Assembly: GCA_977017575.1 (NCBI GenBank)
Contig: CDRNVI010000020.1
Span: forward strand, 248,001-312,000
Direction of reading: 5' to 3'
Length of the DNA: 64,000 nucleotides
Source: Paramoeba atlantica
Lineage: Eukaryota; Protista; Discosea
Shown here: piece by piece, positions 1-11,193 of the stretch
How the letters are laid out: every line of letters starts with the position of its first letter
How positions within the stretch are numbered: position 1 is the first letter of the stretch
Translations under genes and position numbers: made by a program
The notes under the pieces: model-generated
The model's database searches: none
Told to the model about the DNA's origin: nothing
The model's input: only the letters and a program-made list of their open reading frames with translations

Positions 1-3
1 CCT

Positions 4-50
4 CCCCTAGTTATCTGTCACACATTGAACCCCCTAGTTATCTGTCACAC
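4..50. repeat. 20-bp direct repeat pair, probably the end of another TIR element
   Basis: CCCCTAGTTATCTGTCACAC at 4-23 and 31-50. Confidence 0.5.
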
Positions 51-70
51 CGTACCCCCCCGTTAACTTA

Positions 71-3000
71 CTGTGACCCCCCCCTTTGATATGCACACGT
101 TTTTGGAGTTTGTGCATAATAAAGGGGGGGGGTGCATAATAAAGGGGGGGTGCATAATAAAGGGGGGTGCATAATAAAGGGGGGGGCATAATAAGGGGGG
201 GTACATAATAAAGGGGGGAAGAAAAGGGTGAAACAAGGGGGATGGTGGAAAGTGCGTACATGGTACCAATGACATCGGTGGCGAAGCAAGGGTCGATGAC
301 GGAGGGGAAGAGAGTGAAGGAACTGTTCTCGAGCAAAGATATTTTTCATGAAGCTTGTGTAACACTAATAAACAAGAAAGTGCTTAAAGTAAAAAATATA
401 ATAAAATGTGTATACCTAAATACTAGTTACTAATGTAACTGATTCATAGGATACTATAATATTATTTCGAGTTTGTTGAACGCCCATAGTAGAATATGCC
501 TGGAGAATCACTACGAGGACTTACACGACACCGAGTAAAAACCACAGAAAAGCCCAGTTCCGTGGTAAAAAATAATATTACAATATGAACCGTTGCTGTG
601 GACGGAAATAAAGCTCGGAAGGTGAGGTTCGCTAAGCCCCAACATTTTCTTGACAATGTCCTTGACCCCATAAAGTTTTCAACTGTTAACGGACTCATCT
701 TCAAAGTTCAAATCATTCACTAAATTCACAATTATAGAACAATCAGAATCAGAATCATCTTCACACGTTCTCCACGGACACTTCTCCAAGGGTTTCTTCG
801 GAATTTGTTGTTCGTTCAGGGGGTAGAGGAATTCCTGGACCACGAGGCCACCAGGACCTGGAAAGATTTTTTCTGACAAGCACATTGTCAACCCTAGAAA
901 AAGTTGCAGGGTAGAATAACAAAGAGCATAAGTTGTTAACAACATGCAATCCGCATTCATTTAGCATAGGCTCCTGCTGCAAGACCTTTTCATATTTAAC
1001 ACGATTGTTCCCACTTTCTTGCCCAAGAAGAGGAGTTGCCCGTTCCAAGAATAATTTTAAAAAGTCGCTTCGGGCGAATGGAGAATACGCCTCATAGCTG
1101 TCATACACTGTGAGCAGGGACCTTCGGAGTTCTACCAAAATAAGGTGATTGTTAAAGAAGAGAACGGCAACAATGCGTGAATCTGTGGTGATTAGATCAG
1201 AAGGTGGGCGATTGAATCCTCACATCAATCTTGTCTTTCCAGTATTCAAAAAAACTATTTCGTTCTCTGCACGGGATAACAGCCGATAAGCCCTTATTAC
1301 GTTTTGACACAGCGTGTCAACAGCGTGAGTTGTAAGGAAGCGCTTAGGACCGCGAAAGCGCTTCCATTCATTATCATGACTCCCAGTGCTCAGTAAACTA
1401 TCTACACCAATTATGGGAGGAGCATCGATCTGTGAGGTTTCGCTCGTGGTCAAACAGTTTTCGTCTTGGTTTTTGGTTTCCGTGTCAGATGTTTTGGACC
1501 CAGGTTTGGCTTTTTCTACCCAAGGGTACTCCGTTGCAGGTCGCTGGATATATATACGGACGACAGATAATATGGAATTCTTATTTTTCAACCACACGCG
1601 TGAGTGCGCATCTTTTATCCACTGTAGTACCAGAGCGCGAGATACTTTCTGAGAAGTGTTGTCGAGTCGCCACGCACTCAGAATCTCATTGTATTCACGC
1701 TTGAATAATCGGTTAAAAACTCGGTCATGCACTTGTATCGCCTTTGTGCAACCTCCTGGTATCGTATGTGGATCGCAATTTGGAGGAATATTATCTGTTC
1801 GGTGCCCGCTATAATCATCCGTAATAATGACGGTAGATGGGTTTTCGAGCGTATAGGGGAGATACTTATGAAGCATTCGCGGATAAATATCTCCCTTTAC
1901 CCAACCAGATTGACTAACATCCGCGTATATTCCAGTAAGAGCGGAAGCCTGGCGCGTCATTTCAGCATAAATGCCAGAACTCTCACGATTCTTGGCGCTG
2001 TGGTTGAATATAACAGTTGGGTAAAGAGGGTAAACCTTATCTAGAGCAAAGTCATATATTCCAGCCAGGAAGACGGTAACAGTTTCCTTGGGATTTGTGT
2101 CGAACACCTTCGGTTGCGGGCATCCGATCTGCGCTAGCGTATATCCTTGTACCTCACCGTTTACGAACATCGCCGTTTCGTCCCCGAGAAAAATATTCGG
2201 AAAAAATATTTCCGAACAGCATTCTGAAAGTAAAAGTTTTGCGCCCACTGTGATATCCTATGTTCCACGTCTGCCGGAGCCAGGCACTGTATCCTTCCCC
2301 ACCTTCTCCAAACCCACCCATAATGCTTCCGAAAGCGTGCATATGTGTCTTCCAATGCTGAAACCGAAGTCAACTTCGTGTTTTGGCGTATTAGATCGAT
2401 TACAATGGATTTGGTCAAGGGACACCACAAGGAAGATGCCTTTTCACAAGCACGATGAATTTCATACATTGCCTCTGCCTTATTGTACGTGACAGACTCC
2501 GGGTCGTTGTAATCACCTCCTTTGGTGTTAAACCCTCTGTTACGATGCTGGTTCCCCATATCTCGATTTATTAACTTTTGATAATTCAATATTCCAGTCG
2601 CACGGATGTCGTACACTGTTCTCCGAGATATCCCGTACTTTTCTCGAATAGCCTTCACCGAATCCTGGGATCGACAAATCTCGCGTTTGTCGTAAATTGT
2701 GAGTTCAACTCGCTGCCTCTTTTTTTCGTTTACCGTTGGAGGTGCTTTCGTTTGTAGAACAGGTGCCCGTTCCCCTACCTGGGGGGAGGGTGGCGCTGAC
2801 CGAGCCCAACTCGACAGCGGACCTTTTATCATATACACGGTTGTCGGTACACCGTCCGTGTGCGGCATGTGTTGACGAAGAGAAACAGATAGAGCAGATA
2901 GAGAAAGCTAAAAAGTCTACAGTATTGAGTAACTTATTGTTGGAAGTTGGAAGTTTATTGTTGGAAGTTGGTAGCCTAAGTGACTTTCCAAACAGAATAA

Positions 3001-3161
3001 AAAAAGAAAAAATCAAATCGGTCCCACCACACGAACTTTCTTCAACTTCAATTTTCTGCATATTAAAGGGGGGGTCCCACTACACATATTTTCTTCAGCC
3101 TCCATTTTGTGCATATTAAAGGGGGGTAAGAAGGGGGTGCATATTAAAGGGGGGGTCACAG
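71..3161 (-). mobile_element. pogo/Tigger-like DNA transposon (Tc1/mariner superfamily)
   Basis: ~25-bp TIRs CTGTGACCCCCCC(C)TTTRATATGCAC at 71 and ending 3161. TA on both sides (69-70, 3162-3163). Subterminal GTGCATAWTAAAGGGGGG repeats at ~112-215 and ~3057-3155. Confidence 0.9.
761..2868 (-). pseudogene. pogo-like DD30D transposase (CENP-B-like HTH + DDE_1) continuing into a Ulp1/C48-like protease; one -1 frameshift and one in-frame TGA
   Basis: HTH KRQRVELTIYDK...KYGISRRTVYDI. Catalytic motifs LGDET, ITDDYSGH, QVHD. Frameshift at the T6 run near 2201-2206, TGA at 1220-1222, then the same frame reads NNHLILV..VYDSY..QQEPMLNECGLHV. Confidence 0.8.
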
Positions 3162-3352
3162 TATACAGGTGTATATCTCACCTTTTCTTGTTTTCGTATA
3201 TTTCACCTTTTCCCGAAAAGTAGTGACAGGTAACCAGGAGGATACAGTACTTTTCTTTTCGAACTGAATTGTTCATACAAGAATCATAAAATCTAAAAGA
3301 GTTTTTTAAAACCCTAAGATTCTGTAAATCCTTCGCGGATTCCTTTCTGTTC

Positions 3353-4462
3353 ATGGATACCTCTTCCCATCACCTCTCGGAGTCCTCTTCGCAAGCCCTT
3401 CCCCCGCTAAACGCCGACCTCTCCCCGGAGCTGCAGCTACAGAATTTGGTTCAATACATTTACAATCCTCACGACTCGTGGTTGCGCCCTACTTCGTCCG
3501 GGTGTGATCTCCCCTTCCCCGCTCACCAATGGGAAGGGGTCACATGTAACCCCGACGGTCAAATCCAGCGCATTTCTTGGGGCGAGATGGGTCTGGAGGG
3601 CGGCATCAACTGGGCCGCTCTGCCACGGAGTCTGCGTGAGATCAGCTTGCGCCAGAATGCTCTCGGTGGCTCCGTCGTACTTCCCGAACATTGCACCTCG
3701 CTTGAGATTGTGCGGCTCTCGAGGAACACATTTTCCGGACGATTATATCCCACTCTGGGGCTCCGTGTACTACGGAGGTTGTTTCTGAGTGAGAACCTTC
3801 TCAGCGGTCAGCTGCGGCTGGAGGAACTGGCCCCCTCTCTCCGTGGTCTTTCATTGCACCACAATGCTTTGGGGGGAAGCCTCGAGCTGAGCGCACTTCC
3901 CGCAGGGCTGCACGTGCTGTTTCTGGGGTCGAATCACCTCACAGGGGAGATATCATTGGTGGGCCTTCCGCCGGCTTTAGAAATTCTGGGGCTCGATCAC
4001 AATCGACTGATTGGGTCTCTAGACCTCACCGAGCTCCCTTCTCGGTTGAAGTCACTAGACGTTATGTATAACAGGCTTCATGGCGAAATCTGCCTGTCGT
4101 ATTTACCACCGGTGCTCACTGAGCTTCACCTTTCCAATAATGAGTTGGTTGGAGGGATCTATCTGAGCATGCTTCCTCCCTTTTCTGTTTCAGTTTCTCT
4201 GGCGCATAACAGACTAAGTGGAACACTCGAGTTATCACACCTCCCGAAGATGCTTCACACTCTTCAACTTAATGACAACCAATTTTTTGGTCGCCTGTTC
4301 ATCCAAAATTTGCCGCCCGAGCTTAAAATTCTTGAAATACAAAATAACGAGTTTACGGGCCCTATTGATAAATCCGCAATTCCAACTGGTACACAGTTTA
4401 CAGGTAATCCTCAACGACCTGGGCCGCTTCAGCTTGGAAAAGAAAAATGCATCTTATCGTAG
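3353..4462 (+). CDS. Leucine-rich repeat protein, 22-aa repeats with CxWxGVxC cap
   Basis: ATG-TAG ORF, 369 aa; HQWEGVTCNPDG cap; about 12 LPxxLxxLxLxxNxLxG repeats. Confidence 0.9.
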   Translation: MDTSSHHLSESSSQALPPLNADLSPELQLQNLVQYIYNPHDSWLRPTSSGCDLPFPAHQWEGVTCNPDGQIQRISWGEMGLEGGINWAALPRSLREISLRQNALGGSVVLPEHCTSLEIVRLSRNTFSGRLYPTLGLRVLRRLFLSENLLSGQLRLEELAPSLRGLSLHHNALGGSLELSALPAGLHVLFLGSNHLTGEISLVGLPPALEILGLDHNRLIGSLDLTELPSRLKSLDVMYNRLHGEICLSYLPPVLTELHLSNNELVGGIYLSMLPPFSVSVSLAHNRLSGTLELSHLPKMLHTLQLNDNQFFGRLFIQNLPPELKILEIQNNEFTGPIDKSAIPTGTQFTGNPQRPGPLQLGKEKCILS

Positions 4463-4910
4463 AGTAAGCGCATGGGGTGCAAGCAGCCAACGAGAAATAT
4501 ACGAAATCTGGAACTGGACTTACTGAACACTGAATGAAGCGTTTTCGAAACGTAGTCACTACACGCACAGCATGGGAATTATTATATTTCACTAGCCGTG
4601 CATATTTTACTAAAAGTCTATGTTTTTAATCACTCATCGGTTTACATCCGGAATCGGCTGTTCAATTTTGTCAATTTAGGCTAAAAAGGATGTTCTGCAA
4701 TTTACAGAAGATGTTTGCTTACACTGCAGTAAAGGCAGCAACGGAAGGGACGCGTCATCGGTGGTGTGGCCACATGTGTACTTGTGAAGAATATGTTGTA
4801 GAACGAAGATAAAATCTTGTACAAAATCTTCTCATGCTCTCATAAGTAAAAAACCGCCATGATCTATACGCACCTTTACTACTTCCTCTATTTCTTTGGA
4901 ATGTATGAAT

Positions 4911-4977
4911 ACAATCACAAAAATCATGAATGTCCTTAAATATTGAACACAATCACAAAAATCATGAATGTCCTTAA
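4911..4977. repeat. 29-bp tandem duplication
   Basis: ACAATCACAAAAATCATGAATGTCCTTAA at 4911-4939 and 4949-4977. Confidence 0.8.
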
Positions 4978-5800
4978 TGGCACATCGTTGTCGCTCACCT
5001 TCAACTTTACGTTGCACTTCTCACCAAAATTACAGTGCTGTTTTCTCACCCAGTCTTTGATGATGCGATTCGACTCTTCAGCGGTGTTAGTGTGGTAGCC
5101 TTGGAAGTTCACAAACGTTGTGATTGACAGCGTGGTGGCGTCAAAAGTCCCCCAGAATGGTAAACGCCCCCCAACAGTCAGTGAAAACAACAGCCCTCGC
5201 GCTCGTCAAGTGCGACAGGATGAAGATATGTAATATTTCAGCGTCTCTGCGTTTGAATAACTTCCAATGGGTTCTTCCCATTCCTTGTCCGCGGATCTCC
5301 ATGACGGTGGTAAACCACCATCCTCTTCCGCTGGCGCCTACTTTTACTTTCGCTTTCCAATGAACCTTTCGTCCACTTGGATCCGGGTGATGGGTGGGGG
5401 GCCGAGCTCTGGCGCTGGGCCCTCAATTCCGCGCACACGGGACAGAAACGGTGGAAATGATGTCCAGGGGAGAACGGCTGCGTGCAAAAGAGGCACGGCC
5501 TGCTATCGCGGGAGAGGGAACGGGAGGACTCACGCGAGGAGGTGTTCTGCTTGCGTCCGCCGTGGGCTGGCCCAAGAGATGAGGGTGCGTCCCAGATGGG
5601 TCGGTACGCCTGGCCGGTTGTGTGTGCACACGTCGGGCACAGCCGGTGGGAGGGGAGGGTGGTTCGAACTTCGAGCCACAGTACGCACAGAACAATAGAC
5701 CCTTGGGGAGTTCTGCCATGGGGGGGGGGGGAGTAAAGAAGGAAAGGAGAAATAAGTCAACAAGAAATTTACAAACACTTACATGCGTCCGTACCATCAC
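4960..5800 (-). pseudogene. Merlin (IS1595-like) transposase relic
   Basis: Pieces across frames: RIQVDERFIGKRK; RRDAEILHIFI..VFTDCWGAF; HAVNH; FVNFQGYHTNTAEE..IIK. Several stops and frameshifts. Confidence 0.75.
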
Positions 5801-6298
5801 AGGCACCTCCATACTGCAAGGAAAATTTCCATGATACTAGAGGTTTTCTCCGTCCTCCAGTAAAGACTTCACTTCACAGTACCAGAACTGTGCCTCTAGG
5901 ACTGCAGCGTGTAATGTGGGAGTATACAAGAAAATCATATAGAAGTGCACATTTTTTTGAACATGAAAAGTTTGCAGCTAGCTTTGAAAAAAACGCCAAG
6001 TAGAAATCGTCATTGGTTTCAATGGGATTGGGTCGGTTCGCCTCGGTTCGCTTCGGTTCGTCCAGGTGACGTTTTTTTAAGTTTCATTCCTCTAAGTTAG
6101 CCACTTACACACTTTTTTTGTAAGTTTTTTCTTACAAAAAAGGGGGGACTTTTTCTTATCACGAACTACTCTAAATGATGATTAATAGTTTCGGTCCGTT
6201 GGACTCCAGGCATTCTGCCTGTCTATGAAAATAAACATTCTACAAGCACGACTAGTAGCTGAATCCTTACGAATTCCCTCCCTTTCTGTATACGTTAC

Positions 6299-7612
6299 GT
6301 GAACCCTTACGAATTCCCTCCCTTTCTGTATGTACATTTTGTACATGTACAAAAGCTATCGCAAGAACCATCACTTTTCTGTCTTGAAAAGAGCACTGGG
6401 GTGTTTTTTTTTCTTTTTTCTCTCTCCATGCTATTCCTTCACAGCGCACCCTCTGCATTCGTGCACTCTCTTGATCCCTCTTCCAACTTCGACAAAGACC
6501 AAAAAGCAACCTCTCCACTCACCCGTCGCTCCCTTTCCTTCACCGCGTCACCCTCCGTAGAGACTCAACTCCAGGCCTTTGTCAAGTACCTCTACAACCC
6601 CGGGGAGTGGTTCCAATCCACGCTCTCCGCCCACCCCAGCGACCCCGTCTGCTTCCTCCCCGTCCACCAGTGGCGTGGGGTCAAATGCGACCCCGATGGC
6701 GCCGTAATCTCCATTGACTGGGCCGTGACGGGACTCGAGGGCAGTATCCACTGGCCCGCGCTCCCCTCCACCACGGTCCATGTTAACCTCCGAGACAACG
6801 CCCTCAGCGGTCGTATCGACATCCCGGAGCGGTGTACCGCCCTCGAGACCCTACGTCTCGCGCGCAACACCTTCTCCGGGGGGCTCTATGCCACCCATCG
6901 ACTCCCACGGCTCCAGGTGCTCTCGGTGGGGGAGAACCAACTCGGCGGGGTGGTCAGCCCCGAGTACCTCTCCCGCTCCCTCCAACGCCTCTCGCTGCAC
7001 CATAATCGGTTCACCGGGGCTGTGGAGTTCGCACAGCTCCCGCCGGGGCTGCGTGTGCTGGAGCTCGGGGCGAACCGGTTTACCGGGGGGATTCGCACAG
7101 AGACCCTCCCGCGCGAACTCGTGGTGCTGGGGGTGTATGAAAATGGCTTTACCGGGGAGCTGGATCTTACGACGCTTCCGACGGGGTTGCAATTTGTGGG
7201 AGCTGGGCATAATCGGTTTAGTGGTGATATTTGCTTGAACTTTTTGCCGTTTTCCTTGCTTGAGTTGAACCTATCGCAGAATAGGCTAGCGGGTGGTATT
7301 TATTTGAACATGTTGCCGTCATGTCTTGAGTTTCTTGCACTGGATAACAATGCTTTAAGTGCCACGCTGGATCTGTTGCACTTACCTCCCGCTATAAAAA
7401 CTTTGCACCTGAATGGGAATTTGTTTATTGGAAGTCTTTGCCTCACAAAGTTGCCGCCCTTGTTGCGCGTGTTATCGATTCAAAATAACTTTCTTACCGG
7501 AGAGGTTGATGAAACGATCTTTTCTGCATACAAAGGGCTGCAACTCACTTTTAATCCGCAAAATGAGAAAAACATTACATTTACTGGGAAATCTTCATGC
7601 TGCATATCATAG
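6299..7612 (+). CDS. Leucine-rich repeat protein, paralogue of 3353 (start uncertain; ATG near 6428 also plausible)
   Basis: QLQAFVKYLYNP..W and HQWRGVKCDPDG match the 3353 protein; 22-aa LRRs. Confidence 0.88.
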   Translation: MNPYEFPPFLYVHFVHVQKLSQEPSLFCLEKSTGVFFFLFSLSMLFLHSAPSAFVHSLDPSSNFDKDQKATSPLTRRSLSFTASPSVETQLQAFVKYLYNPGEWFQSTLSAHPSDPVCFLPVHQWRGVKCDPDGAVISIDWAVTGLEGSIHWPALPSTTVHVNLRDNALSGRIDIPERCTALETLRLARNTFSGGLYATHRLPRLQVLSVGENQLGGVVSPEYLSRSLQRLSLHHNRFTGAVEFAQLPPGLRVLELGANRFTGGIRTETLPRELVVLGVYENGFTGELDLTTLPTGLQFVGAGHNRFSGDICLNFLPFSLLELNLSQNRLAGGIYLNMLPSCLEFLALDNNALSATLDLLHLPPAIKTLHLNGNLFIGSLCLTKLPPLLRVLSIQNNFLTGEVDETIFSAYKGLQLTFNPQNEKNITFTGKSSCCIS

Positions 7613-8387
7613 TCCTGTAAGAAGTACCCGAGCCTTTCTGTGAACTGTCGTTAGGCAAATGGTCCTTCGTAGGTTTTTACCTTTTCTTGTTAGGGTAAGC
7701 ATTTTCGATGGTTTTTTTCTGATTGGATCTTACTCTACCTGGGGAAACAATGCTACTCATTTACATCAGGATACAAGCAATACAGCATGAAGTGGAGCTA
7801 TGCAGTATGAAGGGAATTGTCTGGATCGTGAAGTCCAATGTCACTGAATCAAAAGTCATTTGAGATGTTGAGCAGTACATTGTGTTAATACTGTTGGGCG
7901 GGAACTGTAATCTATATTTTACGCATATGACAAGCAATCAGCTCATCCGAGTAAAGTGTTCAGTTTTTCCTTCCATATTCTGTCCATCTTACATCCATCT
8001 TACATTGTAAGAGACTATGTGATGTACATACAAGTACACTGCAGGAGGTAACGTAAGTATCCCAATATTACGGAGCGTACACGCCTAAACGATTTCAAAT
8101 CTATTATTAGTTATCAAGCAGAAACAGGTGACTTGTTCGCGGCGTACACCGCGAACTAAGTAAGAAACCTTAAACTTTCTTAAAACAGAGAAAGGTGTAG
8201 TAAAAGAAGATTGCTAAATATTTTTGTTTTCATGCTCTTTGGAATTGAATCGTGCACCTTTGCATACGTAGCCTATTCTACAATTTTAACTTCGTTAAGG
8301 GAAGAAATCTCTTCCCTTCCCTTCGTATACTCATTTCCGTACTTGTTTCATATAATTTTCTTCGATTGCTTGTATAACACTTGTGAT

Positions 8388-8960
8388 ATGATTGACCTTG
8401 CTGCGCCAGTACCGGTTAACGATCCCGAGCAAATGCATCGGCGACTCGATGAATGTATTCACGAGATTCTTGTAACACAATATGGTTTTGTGGAGAACCG
8501 TACTGCTTGGACGTTACGTCAGCTACTTAGTGCTTCCGCAATTTTTACCGCAATAGCTCTTCACGTTTACTCTGTTTACTATCCGTTATTCAAAGTAACA
8601 ACTCTTATGGCATTTTGCATTGCTTGCTATTATGCTCAGAGCGTCGTTCTTTGGTTCGTAGGGTCCGTTGTAGAGAGGAAATCTCTTCTCGTAACCTCTC
8701 CTACAGCAAAACACCCGTATGTGTTACAAGTAACCACTGACTTAACTGAAAATAGAGAGTCTGTACGGGTTCGATTTGTCACTTTTGAATCCTCCACTTT
8801 GGGAAAGTGGACGGGGATCTACGGCGCCTCAGTTTCGTCTCAAGCGGCACTGGACGTCGAGCGGAAGCTTTGTGGCTTTTATTCATCAAAAGGGGTTCTC
8901 TACCCTCCAGAAGCTATGTCGTTTCTGCAGCACCATTTACGTCTCATAGGAGTCTCATAG
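8388..8960 (+). CDS. SPCS2: Signal peptidase complex subunit 2 (SPC25 family)-like
   Basis: PVNDPEQMHRRLDECI...YGFVE, two hydrophobic helices, ERK after TM2, C-terminal FYSSKGVL. First ATG in the ORF is 8388. Confidence 0.65.
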   Translation: MIDLAAPVPVNDPEQMHRRLDECIHEILVTQYGFVENRTAWTLRQLLSASAIFTAIALHVYSVYYPLFKVTTLMAFCIACYYAQSVVLWFVGSVVERKSLLVTSPTAKHPYVLQVTTDLTENRESVRVRFVTFESSTLGKWTGIYGASVSSQAALDVERKLCGFYSSKGVLYPPEAMSFLQHHLRLIGVS

Positions 8961-9219
8961 GAGAGCTTTCCTCCAAACTCGTCAAATCATTGGACAACGT
9001 TTTACGAAACACATAATTTTATTTGATATGCAGCACGTTCCATACTTTCATTTTGGCATTAGGAGGTACTTTAGATAAGACAGAAAGACACTCTTTTTGG
9101 TAAATCTACATCTATGTAATCCATCATAACTATCAAACCGCTTTTTTCTTCGGTCACTTTCCATTAAGACCGCATTTGTTATATATTATAATACCACATT
9201 TGTTTGTATTTCTTCTCAC

Positions 9220-10122
9220 ATGATCACAGTTTCTGCTGCTGACTTTGATTACACTACACCTTTAACTCGTTCCGGTAAAGTCCGGGGGTCTGTGCTTCCC
9301 ACAGAGTACGAATTAGTTCGTTTCGTTCGAAATGTCTCACACAGCGAGCCAACATGGACCCCTAACACAGAGGCTTGCGAATGGTACGGAGCGCGCTGCG
9401 ATGACGAGCGTATACTACTCGAGCTGAACTGGGCTTCTATTGGCCTACGCGGTCCGCTTTCCTGGGAGAACATGCCACGCTCACTCGAGTACTTTCGAGG
9501 TTCTCGTAACAAATTAGGGTGGTCATTGCCTCTTGGTTGTTTGACGGAAAAAATACACACTCTGTACTTAAGCGATTGTGAATTAGTAAGCCAGCTGGAC
9601 TTGTCGGAAATGCCACGAATTATGAAAATACTTTGTCTCGCAGAAAATAACTTCGAAGGGTCGATTGACTTGAATCATTTACCGCATGATCTCAATGTTT
9701 TGATTCTTTCGGATAATCAATTATCGGGGGAAATTTCTTTGAATTATCTTCCTCCGAGTCTTATGGACCTACGACTGTCTTCGAATGAATTCGCTGGAGA
9801 GGTTTCTTTAACAAATCTTCCACGCACATTAATTCGCATACGTCTTTCTGGGAACCGCTTCTGTGGAAATACAGACCTCACAGCACTCCCGCCTAATCTA
9901 AACAACTTGGGACTAGATTGCAATCGCTTTGAAGGCAAAATTAATTTAACGAATCTTCCGGAAAGTTTGCGGTATTTGCACCTGCAAAAGAATATGTATG
10001 AGGGAAGTGTACAACCCCGTTCATCAAAAATGGGACTAACCTTTAGAGAGCTACGCGTTTTGTTTTTTGATAATTTTTTTTCAGGCTTCCTCACATTACT
10101 ACAGAGAAGACCGCAAAAATAG
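9220..10122 (+). CDS. Leucine-rich repeat protein (RxGKxRG..LPxEY N-terminal subfamily)
   Basis: RSGKVRGSVLPTEYEL, ACEWYGARC cap, about 9 LRRs. Confidence 0.88.
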   Translation: MITVSAADFDYTTPLTRSGKVRGSVLPTEYELVRFVRNVSHSEPTWTPNTEACEWYGARCDDERILLELNWASIGLRGPLSWENMPRSLEYFRGSRNKLGWSLPLGCLTEKIHTLYLSDCELVSQLDLSEMPRIMKILCLAENNFEGSIDLNHLPHDLNVLILSDNQLSGEISLNYLPPSLMDLRLSSNEFAGEVSLTNLPRTLIRIRLSGNRFCGNTDLTALPPNLNNLGLDCNRFEGKINLTNLPESLRYLHLQKNMYEGSVQPRSSKMGLTFRELRVLFFDNFFSGFLTLLQRRPQK

Positions 10123-10274
10123 TGTCGAAAGGCGCAAAAGACTAATATTTTAATTATTTGTATTTTATCCTCTTTTTTGTGCATTTAATGTGACTTTTGG
10201 AGTTTTCGTAAGAATTATTGAGAAAATTTAACCAGTTTTTAACATTACTCCCGATCTTTTTCCTTTAACGACAT

Positions 10275-10616
10275 ATGAATTCTAGCGATAGCGAAGAGCT
10301 GTCGGGCGGGGTCACTCTTTCGGATGAAAATGATTCTGATTGGAACCCATCAGATGAAATGGAATCAGATTTCTCTGAATCACAAGAATCGTCTTCTTTT
10401 TCGTCGAATGGTTCGTGTGCTTCTCTAGGATATGATTCGCCGCACGACGACGTACGTGTATTGTCTAGTTCATCCAGCTACTCAACTTCCAGTGGCTCGG
10501 AATCTTCGTATTCTTCTTCTTCGGAATCTTCGTATTCTTCTTCGGAATCTTCGTATTCTTCTGAATACGATTCTTTCGAATACACCGTTCTTTTGCCCTT
10601 TCTCTCATATACATGA
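10275..10616 (+). CDS. Short acidic Ser-rich low-complexity ORF, function unknown
   Basis: ATG-TGA ORF of 113 aa with GAATCTTCGTATTCTTCT repeats at ~10499-10562. Confidence 0.3.
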   Translation: MNSSDSEELSGGVTLSDENDSDWNPSDEMESDFSESQESSSFSSNGSCASLGYDSPHDDVRVLSSSSSYSTSSGSESSYSSSSESSYSSSESSYSSEYDSFEYTVLLPFLSYT

Positions 10617-11193
10617 ATGTGGGGATAGTCCCAAAACCACTGGGACGGGGTTGTAGATCTCAGTAGCCTACCACCGAATCTGTTCTGGGTTGACTTTACC
10701 CGGAATCAGCTAACAAGCTTTGGAGAGAATATTCCTTACAACATTTCGACGGAACTGCAACGTATATAAAAGATGGACCCCTAAAAAGAAAATTATGAAT
10801 ATTATACCATATTTTGTACTTTTTTTACAATTGCTGACGTGATGTCAACTTGTCTTTCGTTTTCATAATTATTTTCATAATTATTTCTTACGGGAGAAAT
10901 ATTTCTGGTATTTAATAAGTTCTGAAAACGAAACTGTATTCATGTAATCCATTTTCGCCATTCTAAATCGGTATGCCAGAATTCCAGATTTGCGACTTTG
11001 AACTGCGACGTCGTACTCTCAGTGTGTGTTTAAAGAAGATACTTGTATAGTGCTCATATTTTATCTTCATATTAATTTTTAATCATTTTAAGCAGATTAT
11101 ACTGTACGTTCGTCTACATTAGTCACAGTAAATAGCCTTACAATTTTTTAAAAGATTTTTTTACGTGCAGTATACCAGTATTATAATTTCTGT

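Noticed and set aside
34-433. Short ORFs at the window start
   Set aside because: Translations of subterminal repeats
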